NCBI GenBank assembly: GCA_043228905.1
Contig: JBHGNT010000018.1
Span: 13,392,001-13,456,000 of the forward strand
Length of the DNA: 64,000 nt
Direction of reading: 5' to 3'
Source of the DNA: Azolla caroliniana
Taxonomy: Eukaryota > Plantae > Polypodiophyta
The notes under the pieces are model-generated. The model was not told the DNA's origin. It saw only the letters and a list, made by a program, of their open reading frames with translations, and did no database searches. Positions 53,066-64,000 of the stretch are shown here, one piece after another (within the stretch, counting starts at the first letter, position 1; the number at the start of each line of letters is the position of its first letter). The translations under genes were made by a program, and so were the position numbers.

Positions 53066-56000
53066 AGAGGGCTGCCAAGGCATGGGGCCACAACAGTCCG
53101 GACACTCCGGGAAAACCCCACAAATGTACAATAGAGGCGAAACTGAAGAAACCTTGTACCATAAGTAGGAAGTTTTGTTTCTCCGACAACGGAGGGTGTA
53201 CGATAGTCGACGTCGTAGGCCGAGAAAAGACAAGGGCGGAAGAGCGACTTCGGGCATGCGGAGTTCTCTGGCCCAGCGAGGAAATCAACGGAGCCGTGGA
53301 GGCGGTCTCCTTCGACGATACCTTGGGAATACTGCGAGAGGTGGTCGGAGAGGGCCTTAAAGAGGACCGGACGATACCGGTTTGTTCAGAAGAGATGTAT
53401 GAAGTCATCACGGACTTCAGTCGAGGGCTCGAGTCGGATCGGACGGCCCGGGTTAACACGAAGTACAAGACTGTGGACCGGAAGGTAAGGCCAGTCGTGG
53501 CACCCTTACCGGAGGGCAGCGAGTTGCGAATCAAGGGGGTCGCGTCGAACCCCAGTTTACGGGATCCGGCTTGCATAGAACACACCTTCACCGACAGAAC
53601 GCTACGGGAGCTCAAAATCGGTGGGGGCGGGTTCCTACTGCCGGCGGAAGAAGACCGGTTTCAGAGAATGCTCGGAAGGCACGGGAAAGCCTTCGCATTC
53701 TCGCCAGGAGAGATCGGGTGCATAGACCTGGCAGTTGTGAAGTCGATGGTGATATTCACAGTACCGCATGTGCCATGGAATCTCAAACCAATTCCGGTAC
53801 CGAGAGCTCACATCCCAGAGCTGATGGAGCTGTTGAGGCAGAAAGTCGATATGGGCATCCTCGAACCGTCGAGTGCCCCGTACTCGAACCGGTGGTTTAC
53901 CGTACCGAAGAAGAACGGGACATTGCGCTTCATTCAAGACCTGCAACCGGTCAACAGAGTGACCATTCGGAACGCACGAATCGGACCATTGATAGACGAG
54001 TTTGCGGAGGCCTTCGCCGGAAGGTCGATCTACTCGGTCAATGATCTGTACTCGGGGTACGATCAGTTCCAACTAGCCATGGAGAGCAGAGACATTACGA
54101 CGATGCGGACTCCTCTCGGCCTAGTGCGGATGTGTACCCTGCCACAAGGAGGGACGAACTCGGTGGCCCACATGGTGAATGTGATGAACAAGGTGCTGAG
54201 GGATTGTATCCCGGACATCACCATGCCATTCTTGGACGACATCCCGATCAAGGGATGTCCGGTGGAGAAGAAAGACGAAACGATCGGACCGGACGGATGC
54301 CGGAAATTCGTGGCGACACACATTGACGACTTCGAGAGGGTGCTGCAAAGGCTAGAGGACGCGAGGCTCACCTTCTCCGGGGAGAAATCGGCCTTCGGGC
54401 AATCGGAGATCATGGTCGTTGGACATCTATGCAGACCGTATGGCCGAAAACCGTCTCCAACTAAGGTGGAAGCAATCTCCGCGATGAAGCCCGACTGTAA
54501 CTCGGTCACGGAAGTACGGAGGTTATTGGGAGCATGTGCGTTCTACCACATATGGCTCCCGCATTACGCCCACGTTCCCGAGCCGCTATACGGGTTGCTA
54601 AAAAAGGGACGAAAATTCGAGTGGCGGGACGAGCATACGGAGTCGGTTCGAAAGATGAAGGATGCTCTTGTTGCAGCTCCGGCACTCCGGAAGGCTGTCT
54701 ACGAGAAAGGTACTCCCATCTACATAACGGTAGATACAAGTCTGACTGGGATCGGATGGGTCGTCAACCAAGAAGATGAGGACGGCATTCGGTTCCCAAT
54801 CCGGTTTGGCGCGAAGGTCCTCAGCGAGCGACAGCGAGGATACGCCCAGGTTAAACGCGAACTCTGGGGTATTGTTTCGGCGATGAAGGCAGATAAAGAC
54901 TATCTGATCGGGACAAAAGTGATTATCGAGACGGACTGCCTGCCAATTCTCGGCATGGTTTCCGGACCTGGCAATGCTCAGGTGGATAGCGTACATCAAG
55001 TCCCTGGATCCGGAAATACGACACATTTCCGGGAAAGACAATGCCATGGCCGATATGCTTTCGAGGGCGCGATTCGACGACGAGGGCGAGGAAGTTGGCA
55101 TGGACTTCTTCGAGGCGGGTTACGTAACAACCGAGGGAGGGAGCACTCCGGCGCTTAACGATTTCGACGAGAGCAAGTACAACGGGGAGTGGCTGCATAT
55201 TGGGGGATTTTTGAGGACGATGACGCCGGACGCGTCATGGACAAAGAACGAGGCCAACCGGATCCGGAAGAAAGCATACCGATTCTTTCTCCGGGACGGA
55301 TACTTATGGAAGCATCCGAAGAAGAGAAACGGCATCCCGCTCCGAGTGGTGGCGATGGAGGAGGAACAAAAGGAGTTGTTGAAGGCCTACCACGACAGCC
55401 CCTGGGCTGGACACCGTGGGACGTGGGCCACATTCGAGAAACTAAAGGGGAAGTATTGGTGGTCGGGACTGTACCGAGACGTGCATCGGTTCGTGACAAC
55501 TTGTGAGAGCTGTCAAATACACTCCATAGTCCGACATCGGGACGAGCTTCACCCTACATACCCTCCGGCCATCCACTTCAAATGGATGGTAGATTTGGTA
55601 ACGATGCCGATGGGCGTATGGCAGATGCGATATCTGGTGCTGGCCCGGGAGGACCTGACGAACCAGGTGGAAGGCCGAGCCCTTCAAAACAAAACGACCG
55701 CGGCCGTGTGTCGGTTCCTGATCGAGGACGTGATATGCCGGTACAGGTGCGTCGGGAAGATCGTGGCTGACCGCGAGGAATTGGACGCCGAAGAGGCCGA
55801 GGAGTTGTTCGACCGGTTAGGGGTCAAGCTCTCGCTCACCACAGCGTACAATCCGAAGGCGAACGGGAAGGTGGAGCGCGGACACGGACCGATCGTCAAA
55901 GCGCTAGTCCGAGCATGCGGAGGCCAGGTCGGGAACTGGCCACGACTGTTACCTTATGCCTTGTGGGCGGACCGGACAACGCACAGTTCGGTAACCAGGT

Positions 56001-56611
56001 TCATGCCGTCAGATCTCATGTTCGGACAGAAGCCAATCATGCCGATGAAACGGACGATCTCCTCTTGGGCGACAGTGGACTGGAGAGACGAGATGAGCCG
56101 GGAAGAACTGCTAGTGGCGTGTATACGGCAGCTCGAGCGGAGGCCAGAGGACGTGGAACGAGCGGCGGAGAGACTTCGGACGGCGAGGATAAGGAACAAA
56201 GCCCGGTTTGACCGAACGCACCGGCTCCGACCAAAGAAAATCGAGGAAGGCGACTGGGTGCTAGTCTACGACAGCAGCCTCGACAACCAGCACCGGGCAA
56301 CATGGAAGTTTGCAAAGTGGTGGTTCGGGCCTTACGTGGTAACGAGCGCCAACGACAACGGGACGTATCACCTGGCCGAACTCGACGGTACGAGGATGGC
56401 GATACCGGTGGCGGGGAAGCGGATCAAAGCGTTCAAGAAGCGCCACGACGGCGAACCGGATCTAAGAGGCCAGGACAACGACGACGAACAGTTCGAGACG
56501 GAGGACGAACCGATGGACGAAGAACCGGAACTCAGACCGGTTTTCTCCAACCAGAACCCAATTTTGGCGCATACCGGTGGATGCGCGGTTAGGTGGGGGC
56601 GGATGTCGTGA
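53056..56611 (+). pseudogene. pol: RT-RNase H-integrase of G, in the -1 frame relative to gag-PR (frameshifting deletion near 54965)
   Basis: The -1 frame is open from GGATTTT to RT; FLDD; RNase H; HHCC; integrase core; GPY. Confidence 0.9.
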
Positions 56612-57249
56612 AGAAAACCGTCCCTTAGCGCAATCGGTGCATAGCGCGCGTGAACCGGCTCTTCACGCGTGCGCGCCATTTCATGTATATAATAGGGAAT
56701 TAGGTACATAGGTATATCTTGGGTAATTGGATTCGGTAGGTAGGAAGTAAATGAGGGAGACGGCTCCCTTCTTGAAGCTATAAAAGAGAGGGCGACGCGG
56801 GGGAGAAAGGGATCGCGCATTGAGGACGAAGTGTTGTCGGACCGTAACTGAACGTTTCTCCTCTGTTTGTTCTCTATTGCTCTTCTCTGCAGGTTTTCGG
56901 GGAGGCTCGCGCTGCTTCGAGGAACGCCCGTGTGCTTCACCTCCATCCTATCCCCTATCGTGCACAGACGAACAGGCATCGGCATCTGTTCGCCAGCCTG
57001 TTCGGTTGTAACCGCTCGCGTGCTCTGTTGTTTTTGGTGTCACTTTTAATATACAAACATTCGTGTCTCTCTATCTCTGTGTCCATTCGTGTTTTCTGCG
57101 TTGACGGGTCGTGTCCCTGTGTTTCTTTACTCATATGTAACCGGTCGTCTCTCTCTTTCTCTTTCCCCTCCTATCACCTGCTCTTCGGTTCAAGACCCCG
57201 GTGGTCCCGCCTCGTTTCTCCACGCACGCGCGTAGTAACGCGACAATGT

Positions 57250-60010
57250 TTGATTTGTTCGTTCAACTTGGCCGTCAGTTTGTGGGTGGTAGCCGGAGGA
57301 GAGGTTACAAGTGGCCTTGAGCATGTTAAAAAGGTGCTTCCAAAATTTTGACACGAACTGGGGTCCACGGTCGTTGATGATACTATCGGGAAGTCCATGA
57401 TGCCGACATACTTCACGCATGACAATTTCGGTAGTGTCTTCACTGGAGATCTCCTTAGTACATGGCAAGAAATGAGCCATCTTCGTATATCGATCGACCA
57501 CCGTTAGAATCGCATTGAACCCCTTAGAGACTGGAAGATCTGTGATGAAGTCTAGAGCAATGGATTGCCACAGCTTGCTTGGAATTGGTAATGGTTCTAA
57601 TAAACCATATGGATGATGCCTTGGCATTTTCGCTCTGCAACATGTATCACAAGTCCGAACAAAATCCTCGACAAATTGTCGCATACAGGGCCACCAGAAT
57701 GTTTGTTGTACTAAATGTAATGTTTTAGTACTACCAAAATGCCCAGCTATATGTGTCATGATAGTTTTGTACTACTCGAAGGCGGCAAGAACCATTAGGA
57801 ACATACAGAAGTTCTTTAAAGAAGAGTAATCCATCATGGTATTTGAATTGCCGATAGTCCGTACCTGGTGGTTGCGACTGTGAACACGACGCTCGAGAGG
57901 GATCAATTTGTGCTAGTATAGCTTGGGCGAACGCATCTGTCTTCAAGTCTTCACGTATGGTATCGATAACGCGGGAATCCATAGGCATGTCAAAGATCTG
58001 TGTTGCTTGTAGTCGTGCCGGTCCCAAGATGACTTGTTTTTGGTTATCGAAAGCTAGCTCGCTGGGACGGGGTGCTAGATACGAACGCCGTGATAATGCA
58101 TCAGCCTTCCCTTGGTGCCTCCCCGGACGATATGTAATTTTGAAGTCGAAACGCGTGAGGAAGTGGGCCCACCGAGCTTGACGTCGATTCAACACACAAG
58201 CATCCTGAAAGTAGGCAAGATTCTTGTGGTCACTAAATACGGTGACTGGATGAGAGGATCCCTCCAGAAAATGCCTCCATTGCATAAAAGAATCCACTAT
58301 TGCCAATAGCTCCTTATCATGAATTTCGTAGTTGATTTCAGCGGCGTCAAACTTGCGTGAGTGAAAAGCCACAGGATGTAGCTTCTCATCATTCCCCTAT
58401 TGTGACAGAATGCTCCCCAATGCAAAATCCGATGCGTCAGCTTCGATAATGAATGGTTTTTCCGGATCGACATGAGCTAGAATTGGAGCCGATGTAAATG
58501 CCTTTTTAAGACTCTCGAAATCCATGTCCGTTTCTTCAAACCAGATGAACGGTTGTCCCTTCCTGGTAAGTTGTGTGAGAGGTAGAACGATCTTTGAGTA
58601 ATCTTATATGAACTTCCGGTAAAAATTGGCAAAGCCTAAGAAGCATTGCACATCCTGCACCAAACGCGGAGTCTGCCATTCTACCACCGTTTTGACCTTA
58701 GCTGGGTCCATGGAGATGCCTTCTGACAAAATGATGTAGCCGAGAAATTCCACTTGGTTGCACCCGAAACTACATTTTTCCAACTTTGCATACAGACCAT
58801 GTTCTCGAAGTCGTTTTAGTACTAAAAGTACATGAGAATCATGTTCTTCTTGGGTCTTTGAATAAACCAGTAGATCATCCAAATAGATGATCAAACAATC
58901 ATCCAATAGATCTCGGAATATATCATTAGCCATGTGTTGGAAGACTGTCGGCGCATTAGTGAGGCTGAACGGCATGACCGTATACTCGAAGTGCCCATAC
59001 CTAGTGCGAAACGCGGTCTTCCATTCGTCTCCTGGTCGGATCCGTACGAGGTTATATGCTCCCCGTAAGTCGATCTTCGTGAAGTACCTGGCACCATTGA
59101 TCCGTTCTAAAAGACTTGAGATAAGGGGAAGAGCATACCTATTCCTGATTGTAACCTTATTCAAGCCACAGTAATCTACAACGAGACGAAGCGATCCATC
59201 TTTTTTTTTGACGAAGAAAATGGGCGCGCCGACTGGAGATTTCGAGTGCTGAACGAAACCATTTTCCAAATTCTCCTCTATATAGGCCCGAAGGACTTCC
59301 AGCTCGGTTGGTGACAAATTGTAGATCAGTCCCCATGGCGGCTCTCTTCCCGGTTGTAAATCAATGGGGCAATCTTACGGTTGATGATGAGGAAGTGTGT
59401 TGGCTTGTACTTTATCGAACAAATCGGCGTAATGACGATACTTCTCGGGAAGTTGAACGGTGGATTCTTCTTTAGTGGTGCTGGAGGGGTTTACTGATAT
59501 TGCAAAGAGGAACATTTCCTCCTTGCGCCCTTCTTTACGCAACTGACGTAGTGAAATGGTTGCCATCTTCTGAGTTGACCCTTAGGTTTGTCTACACCGG
59601 ATTTCTCTTGTTCTCCAATCTATGTCTGGGTTATGTAACTCGAACCACGGTAATCCTAAAACTATAGGATGTTCTGGGATACTAATAATATTAAATGATA
59701 CTACACATGCTAAGTTATCTAGGACAATATTAATGGGCTCTGACTCTTCTATGATATTTCCGGAAGCAATGGGACGTCCATCAATGACTACTACAGAGGC
59801 TGGACACTGGAGTTTTCTTAGGGATATCTTATGAGCTTGAGAAAATTTCTTATCCATAAAGCAAGAGCTAGCTCCAGAATCTAGGAGTGCTAGGACATGT
59901 ACTAGAGGGGTACTTTTAGTACTAACTATTACTTGGGCTACGAACACATCACTAACTTGCTTAGAGGGAATGGAACCACTAATGGGCTGCACAGATCTAG
60001 GGCTGTCCAA
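57250..60010 (-). pseudogene. pol: pol of F
   Basis: [31 protein letters not shown]. Confidence 0.92.
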
Positions 60011-60606
60011 CCAAACGGCTCCTATTTTGGCTGGACTTAGTCGTTTAACTCTTCTTCTAACTGACTAAGGACATCAAATTTGTTTGCTAGATCTGGGATA
60101 TTGGTACTATAAAAGATTAGTTGGAAATGAGAGAGACAAAAGGTAGGGCAAATTGGTTCAAACTGTCATGAACAGTACTGAGACAGAGAAGGAATTAGTA
60201 CTAAACGAAGGATTAGTACTATGAGAGGTGTGGAACTTCTTCGAGAGAAGGAAGAAGTGAGCGAGATAGAGAGGAAGAGAGAGATTGAGAGAGAGAGAGA
60301 GAGTGATGATAAGAAAGATATGTATTATATGAAGAGAATATACAATGGTGGCTAAAAGGCTTAAGACTGGCGTTGAACCAATTTGGTTCAACATAATGCC
60401 TAGTGCCCTATTTTATAGTGTTTTCAGGAGTAATCCTAAAGCTTCTAGAATGTTCCAGAGAAATCTGGAATATACACTAATTTCCTATAATAAAATGTAA
60501 ATGAAAATAATATCCTACGTATTACAATAGATGATCTAATGGTCAAGAGCTCAACCCATATAACCTAAGGTCATGGGTTCGATTCTTGCCATATCATGAC
60601 ATCGAC

Positions 60607-62201
60607 TCGGAAAGACCGACAGACTATGAGTCAGAGTCGGCAGACCTGCTAAAATAATTGAGGAATATGAGTTGGAGTTGTCCAACCTAGAGATGCCAAT
60701 TGATGAGCAGAATCCCGAGCAGAGAGAAGAGTTGGTAGAGACATCTGGAAAAGAACCAACAACTAGTGGACGAAGGTACCCACTCAGAGAAAGGAAGGCA
60801 CGATTACATATGCCAGTCAATACATCCTCTTGACTGATGACGATGAACCGGAGTGCTATGAAGAAGCCATTGCCAAAGAGAGCAGAGAAAAATGGTTGAA
60901 CGCGATGCAAGAGGAGATGGAATCATTGCACGCAAATTACACCTACGACCTAGTGGAGCTGCAGAAAGGTAAGAGAGCTATCAGGAATAAATGAGTCTAC
61001 AAGGTGAAGACTAGAGAAGTCGACAGCGAGCCCAGGTATGAAGCCCGCATAGTGGTAAAGGGTTTCCAACAGAGGAAGGGCGTCGACTTTGACAAAATAT
61101 TCGCACCAGTCGTGAAGATGACATCGATTCGAACTGTTCTGAGCATAGCGGCCAACATGGATCTGGAGATCGAACAGTTGGATGTCAAAACTGCATTTCT
61201 GCACAGGGAGCTAGAAGAAGAAATCTACATGCAGCAACCCGAAGGCTTTGAAGAGAAAGGGAAAGAGAACCTGGTGTGTCGACTGAGGAAAAGCTTGTAC
61301 GGTTTGAAACAAGCTCCATGCCAATGGTACAAGAAATTCGAGTCCTTCATGGTGGAACATCGAGTCCAGAAAACACAGGCCGATCATTGTGTGTTCGTCA
61401 AAAGGTACGAATATGGAGATTTCTTGATTCTCTTGCTATATGTTGATGATATGTTGATAGTCAGTCAAGACACAAGGAAGATTGGAAGCTTGACGAAAGC
61501 TCTCAGCAAATCATTTGCCATGAAAGAATTTGGACTAGCAAAACAAATCCTAGGAATGCACATAACCCAAGACAGAGCTCGGAAGGTGCTATGGTTGTCA
61601 CAACAGAAGTATGTGACAAAGATCCTAGAGAGGTTCAACACGTCGAATGCAAAGTCGGTCGGCTCAGTGCTGCCGACAAATTGCAAACTAAATGTGAACC
61701 AGTGTCCGAAAGGGCAGAAAGAAAAGGCTGAGATGAAGGTACCATATGCCTCAGCCGTGGGCAGTCTAATGTATGTTATGGTCTGTACAAGACCAGACAT
61801 AGCATTTGTTGTGGGAGCAGTAAGCCGATATATGAGCAATCCAGGGAGAGAACATTGGGCAACAGTGAAGTGGATACTCAGGTACTTAAAGGGCACCTCA
61901 GAGGTGTGCCTAAGGTATGGTGTCGGAAAACCTGTGCTAGAAGGTTTTACCGATTCGGACATGTCAGGAGATGTCGACTCGAGCCGATCCACGTCAGGGT
62001 ATGTGATGACCTATGCAAGGGGAGTAGTGTCATGGAAGTCACGACTGTAGAAGTCTGTAGCCTTGTCGACTACAGAGACAGAGTATATAGCAGCAGTAGA
62101 GGCCGGAAAAGAGCTGATATGGATGAGAAATTTTCTCACCGAATTAGGCATGAAGCAAAATGAGTTCTTGCTTCACTGTGACAGCCAAAGCACCATACAC
62201 T
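60607..62201 (+). pseudogene. RT-RNase H of copia H
   Basis: QLDVKTAFLH, LYVDDML, FTDSD. Confidence 0.92.
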
Positions 62202-62260
62202 TGTCGAGACTCGTGGGTAGAAGATAGAGTGAGAGCAAGAGTGAGAGCGAAAGAGAGAGG

Positions 62261-62291
<31 letters not shown>

Positions 62292-64000
62292 TGAGAGAGA
62301 GTGAGAGAGATAGAGTGAGAGAGATAAGACTTGAAATAGAAATGAGATTATATTATGATGAAACAAGATTACAATGAGTAGGCTAAGGGCTAAAGACTGG
62401 TGTTGAACCGAATGAGTTGAAACGAATGTATAGACAGTTATTTATAGGTCCTTATGGAGTAATCTAGAATGTTCTAGAATATTTTAGATTTTATGATAAG
62501 AAATATAATCATGAAATATTAAAGGATGTTCTAGAATGTTCTAGAATATTCTAATATCTTGTAATAACTAGAAACATAATTATTATAATCACACAACATA
62601 TATGTATTACAATGGTTAAGGGTTCAACACATAGACCAAGAAGTCGTGGGTTCGATTCTTGATAACCAAAATGTTGTCTTCATGACATTATCCCCCCCTT
62701 TCGATGACGAGTTCCACGAGTCGGAAGACAAGAGTTCGGACTTGGTTTATGGGGATATTTGTCGTGAAATGCAACAACCATGTCGGACGCATTAGCAAGA
62801 TGCTCGGCAGGCTCCCATGTTCGATCATTAGGTGTATAACCTAACCAATCAACCAAATAATATAATTTGTTGAGGATGATCTTGGAGTCGAGAATAGCAG
62901 AAACCTCATATTCTGAGCCATTGGAAACTTCGATTGGAGGTGGGGAAGGTGTAAGACGACCCGGAATAGAGCTTGTTGTGTAGGGCTCCAAAAGTGAAAC
63001 ATGGAAGACTAGGTGAAGACGCATATGAGGAGGGAGATCAAGACGAAATGTCACACCATTGATCTTACCAGAGATCACATATGGGCCAAAACGTTGATAA
63101 TCCAATTTGTAGCAAGGTCGAGTGGTTTTAATGCTACCTTGTAAGAGCCATACACGATCTCCTACTTGAAACTTAGTCAATGAATCACGTAGATGACGAT
63201 CAGGAATCTTCTTTTGAGTGTTTTGGGCATCATATAAATGATGCAAAAGTATATCATGAACTTCTTGGAGTCGAGTGAGCCGATCTTGGGCAGCCGGGTT
63301 TTTCGGGAGTTCGGGATGTTCAAGCATCGTCCAACGAGGATGGTACCCAATGTTAGCAAAAAATGGGGAATATCCAATAGAAGAATGTTCGGAATTGTTG
63401 TAAGCAAATTCCGCCAAATGTAATAAATCCACCCAATCATCTTGTTGATAGTTGACAAAACAACGTAGATATTGTTTGACTGTTTGGTTGGTGTGCTCAC
63501 TCTACCCATTAGTCTCTGGATGGTAGCCGGAAGAGAGTTTACAAGAAGTATGTAAGAATTTGAACATGTGCCACCAAAATTTCGAGATGAATTGGGGACC
63601 CCGATCAATGATAATGTCATCCGGAAAACCATGATGGCGAAACACCTCCCGCATGAGTAAATCGGTTGTCTCTTGACTAGTAATGGTCTTCGTACATGGA
63701 AGGAAATGCGCCATCTTCGTAAAATGATCGACTACCGTGAGCATAGAATCAAATCCCTTGGGCTCTCTGGAAGATCCGTACTAAAGTCCAAGGAAATAGA
63801 TTTCCATGGGCTCCAGAATAGGCATTGGTTGTAATAGGCCATATGGATGATGTCGAGGCTTTTTTGATCGGCAACATGTATCACAACTACGAACATAATC
63901 CGTAACAAAATGGCGAAGCCGTGGCCACCAATATCCACGAGAAATCAACTCAAAAGTCTTGTGGATGCCGAAATGTCCAGCCATTGGCGTGTCATGACAT
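62202..64000 (-). mobile_element. Chromovirus element J (same family as A), partial
   Basis: 3' LTR at 62202-62687; PPT; integrase and chromodomain almost identical to 2324-3640. Confidence 0.92.

Larger units (their letters stand above)
50243..57245 (+). mobile_element. Near-complete non-chromovirus Ty3/gypsy element G (tRNA-Trp primed)
   Basis: LTRs at 50243-50894 and 56604-57245; 4-bp TSD acgt/atgt; PBS tggtgaacccgatgtga; PPT aggtgggggcgga. Confidence 0.95.
49029..60601 (-). mobile_element. Chromovirus element F (gag deleted; inner end of 3' LTR and PPT deleted), host of G
   Basis: LTRs at 49029-~49428 and 60164-60601; TSD tcgac; PR-RT-RH-IN at 57250-60010 and IN-chromodomain at 49430-50242. 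Confidence 0.92.
40719..62201 (+). mobile_element. Ty1/copia element H (related to B1); hosts I, F and J; 3' end outside the window
   Basis: 5' LTR at 40719-41221 (tgttg...caaca); PBS tggtatcaaagc at 41225; gag-pol pieces 41250-43232, 48737-49028 and 60607-62201 join across TSDs. Confidence 0.92.

Noticed and set aside
50972-56985. Many long antisense and alternate-frame ORFs over G (also over B and B1)
   Set aside because: Expected shadows of GC-rich gag-pol; no recognisable domains.

Overview
This window has no host gene. It is a deeply nested pile of plant transposable elements, most likely from a moss or other non-seed plant (inferred from the element types). LTR pairs and target-site duplications (TSDs) give this order. 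A decayed, intron-containing Cys-rich DNA transposon (~880-1636 and ~39200-40718, minus) is interrupted by non-chromovirus Ty3/gypsy element C (1637-~39200, minus). C carries chromovirus A (1838-22604), a hAT MITE (25971-26857), a deleted C-like element E (27549-30928) and chromovirus D (31148-36807). A carries gypsy B (6001-21206, with a ~1000-aa extra ORF), and B carries copia B1 (8857-14024). Copia H (40719 onward) carries young copia I (43233-48731), chromovirus F (49029-60601, itself carrying Trp-primed gypsy G, 50243-57245) and chromovirus J (62202 onward). All ORFs are broken. The most unusual signals are: (1) antisense tRNA-like A-box/B-box modules in the U3 of LTRs from two unrelated gypsy lineages; (2) a tRNA-Arg 3'-end mimic ending in CCA where element B should have its PPT; (3) a conserved -1 frameshift and pseudoknot between protease and RT in C, E and G; (4) covarying self-priming PBSs; (5) a U3 module shared by a copia and a gypsy LTR; (6) a telomere-repeat repair scar. 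All calls come from reading the sequence by eye; no searches were run.
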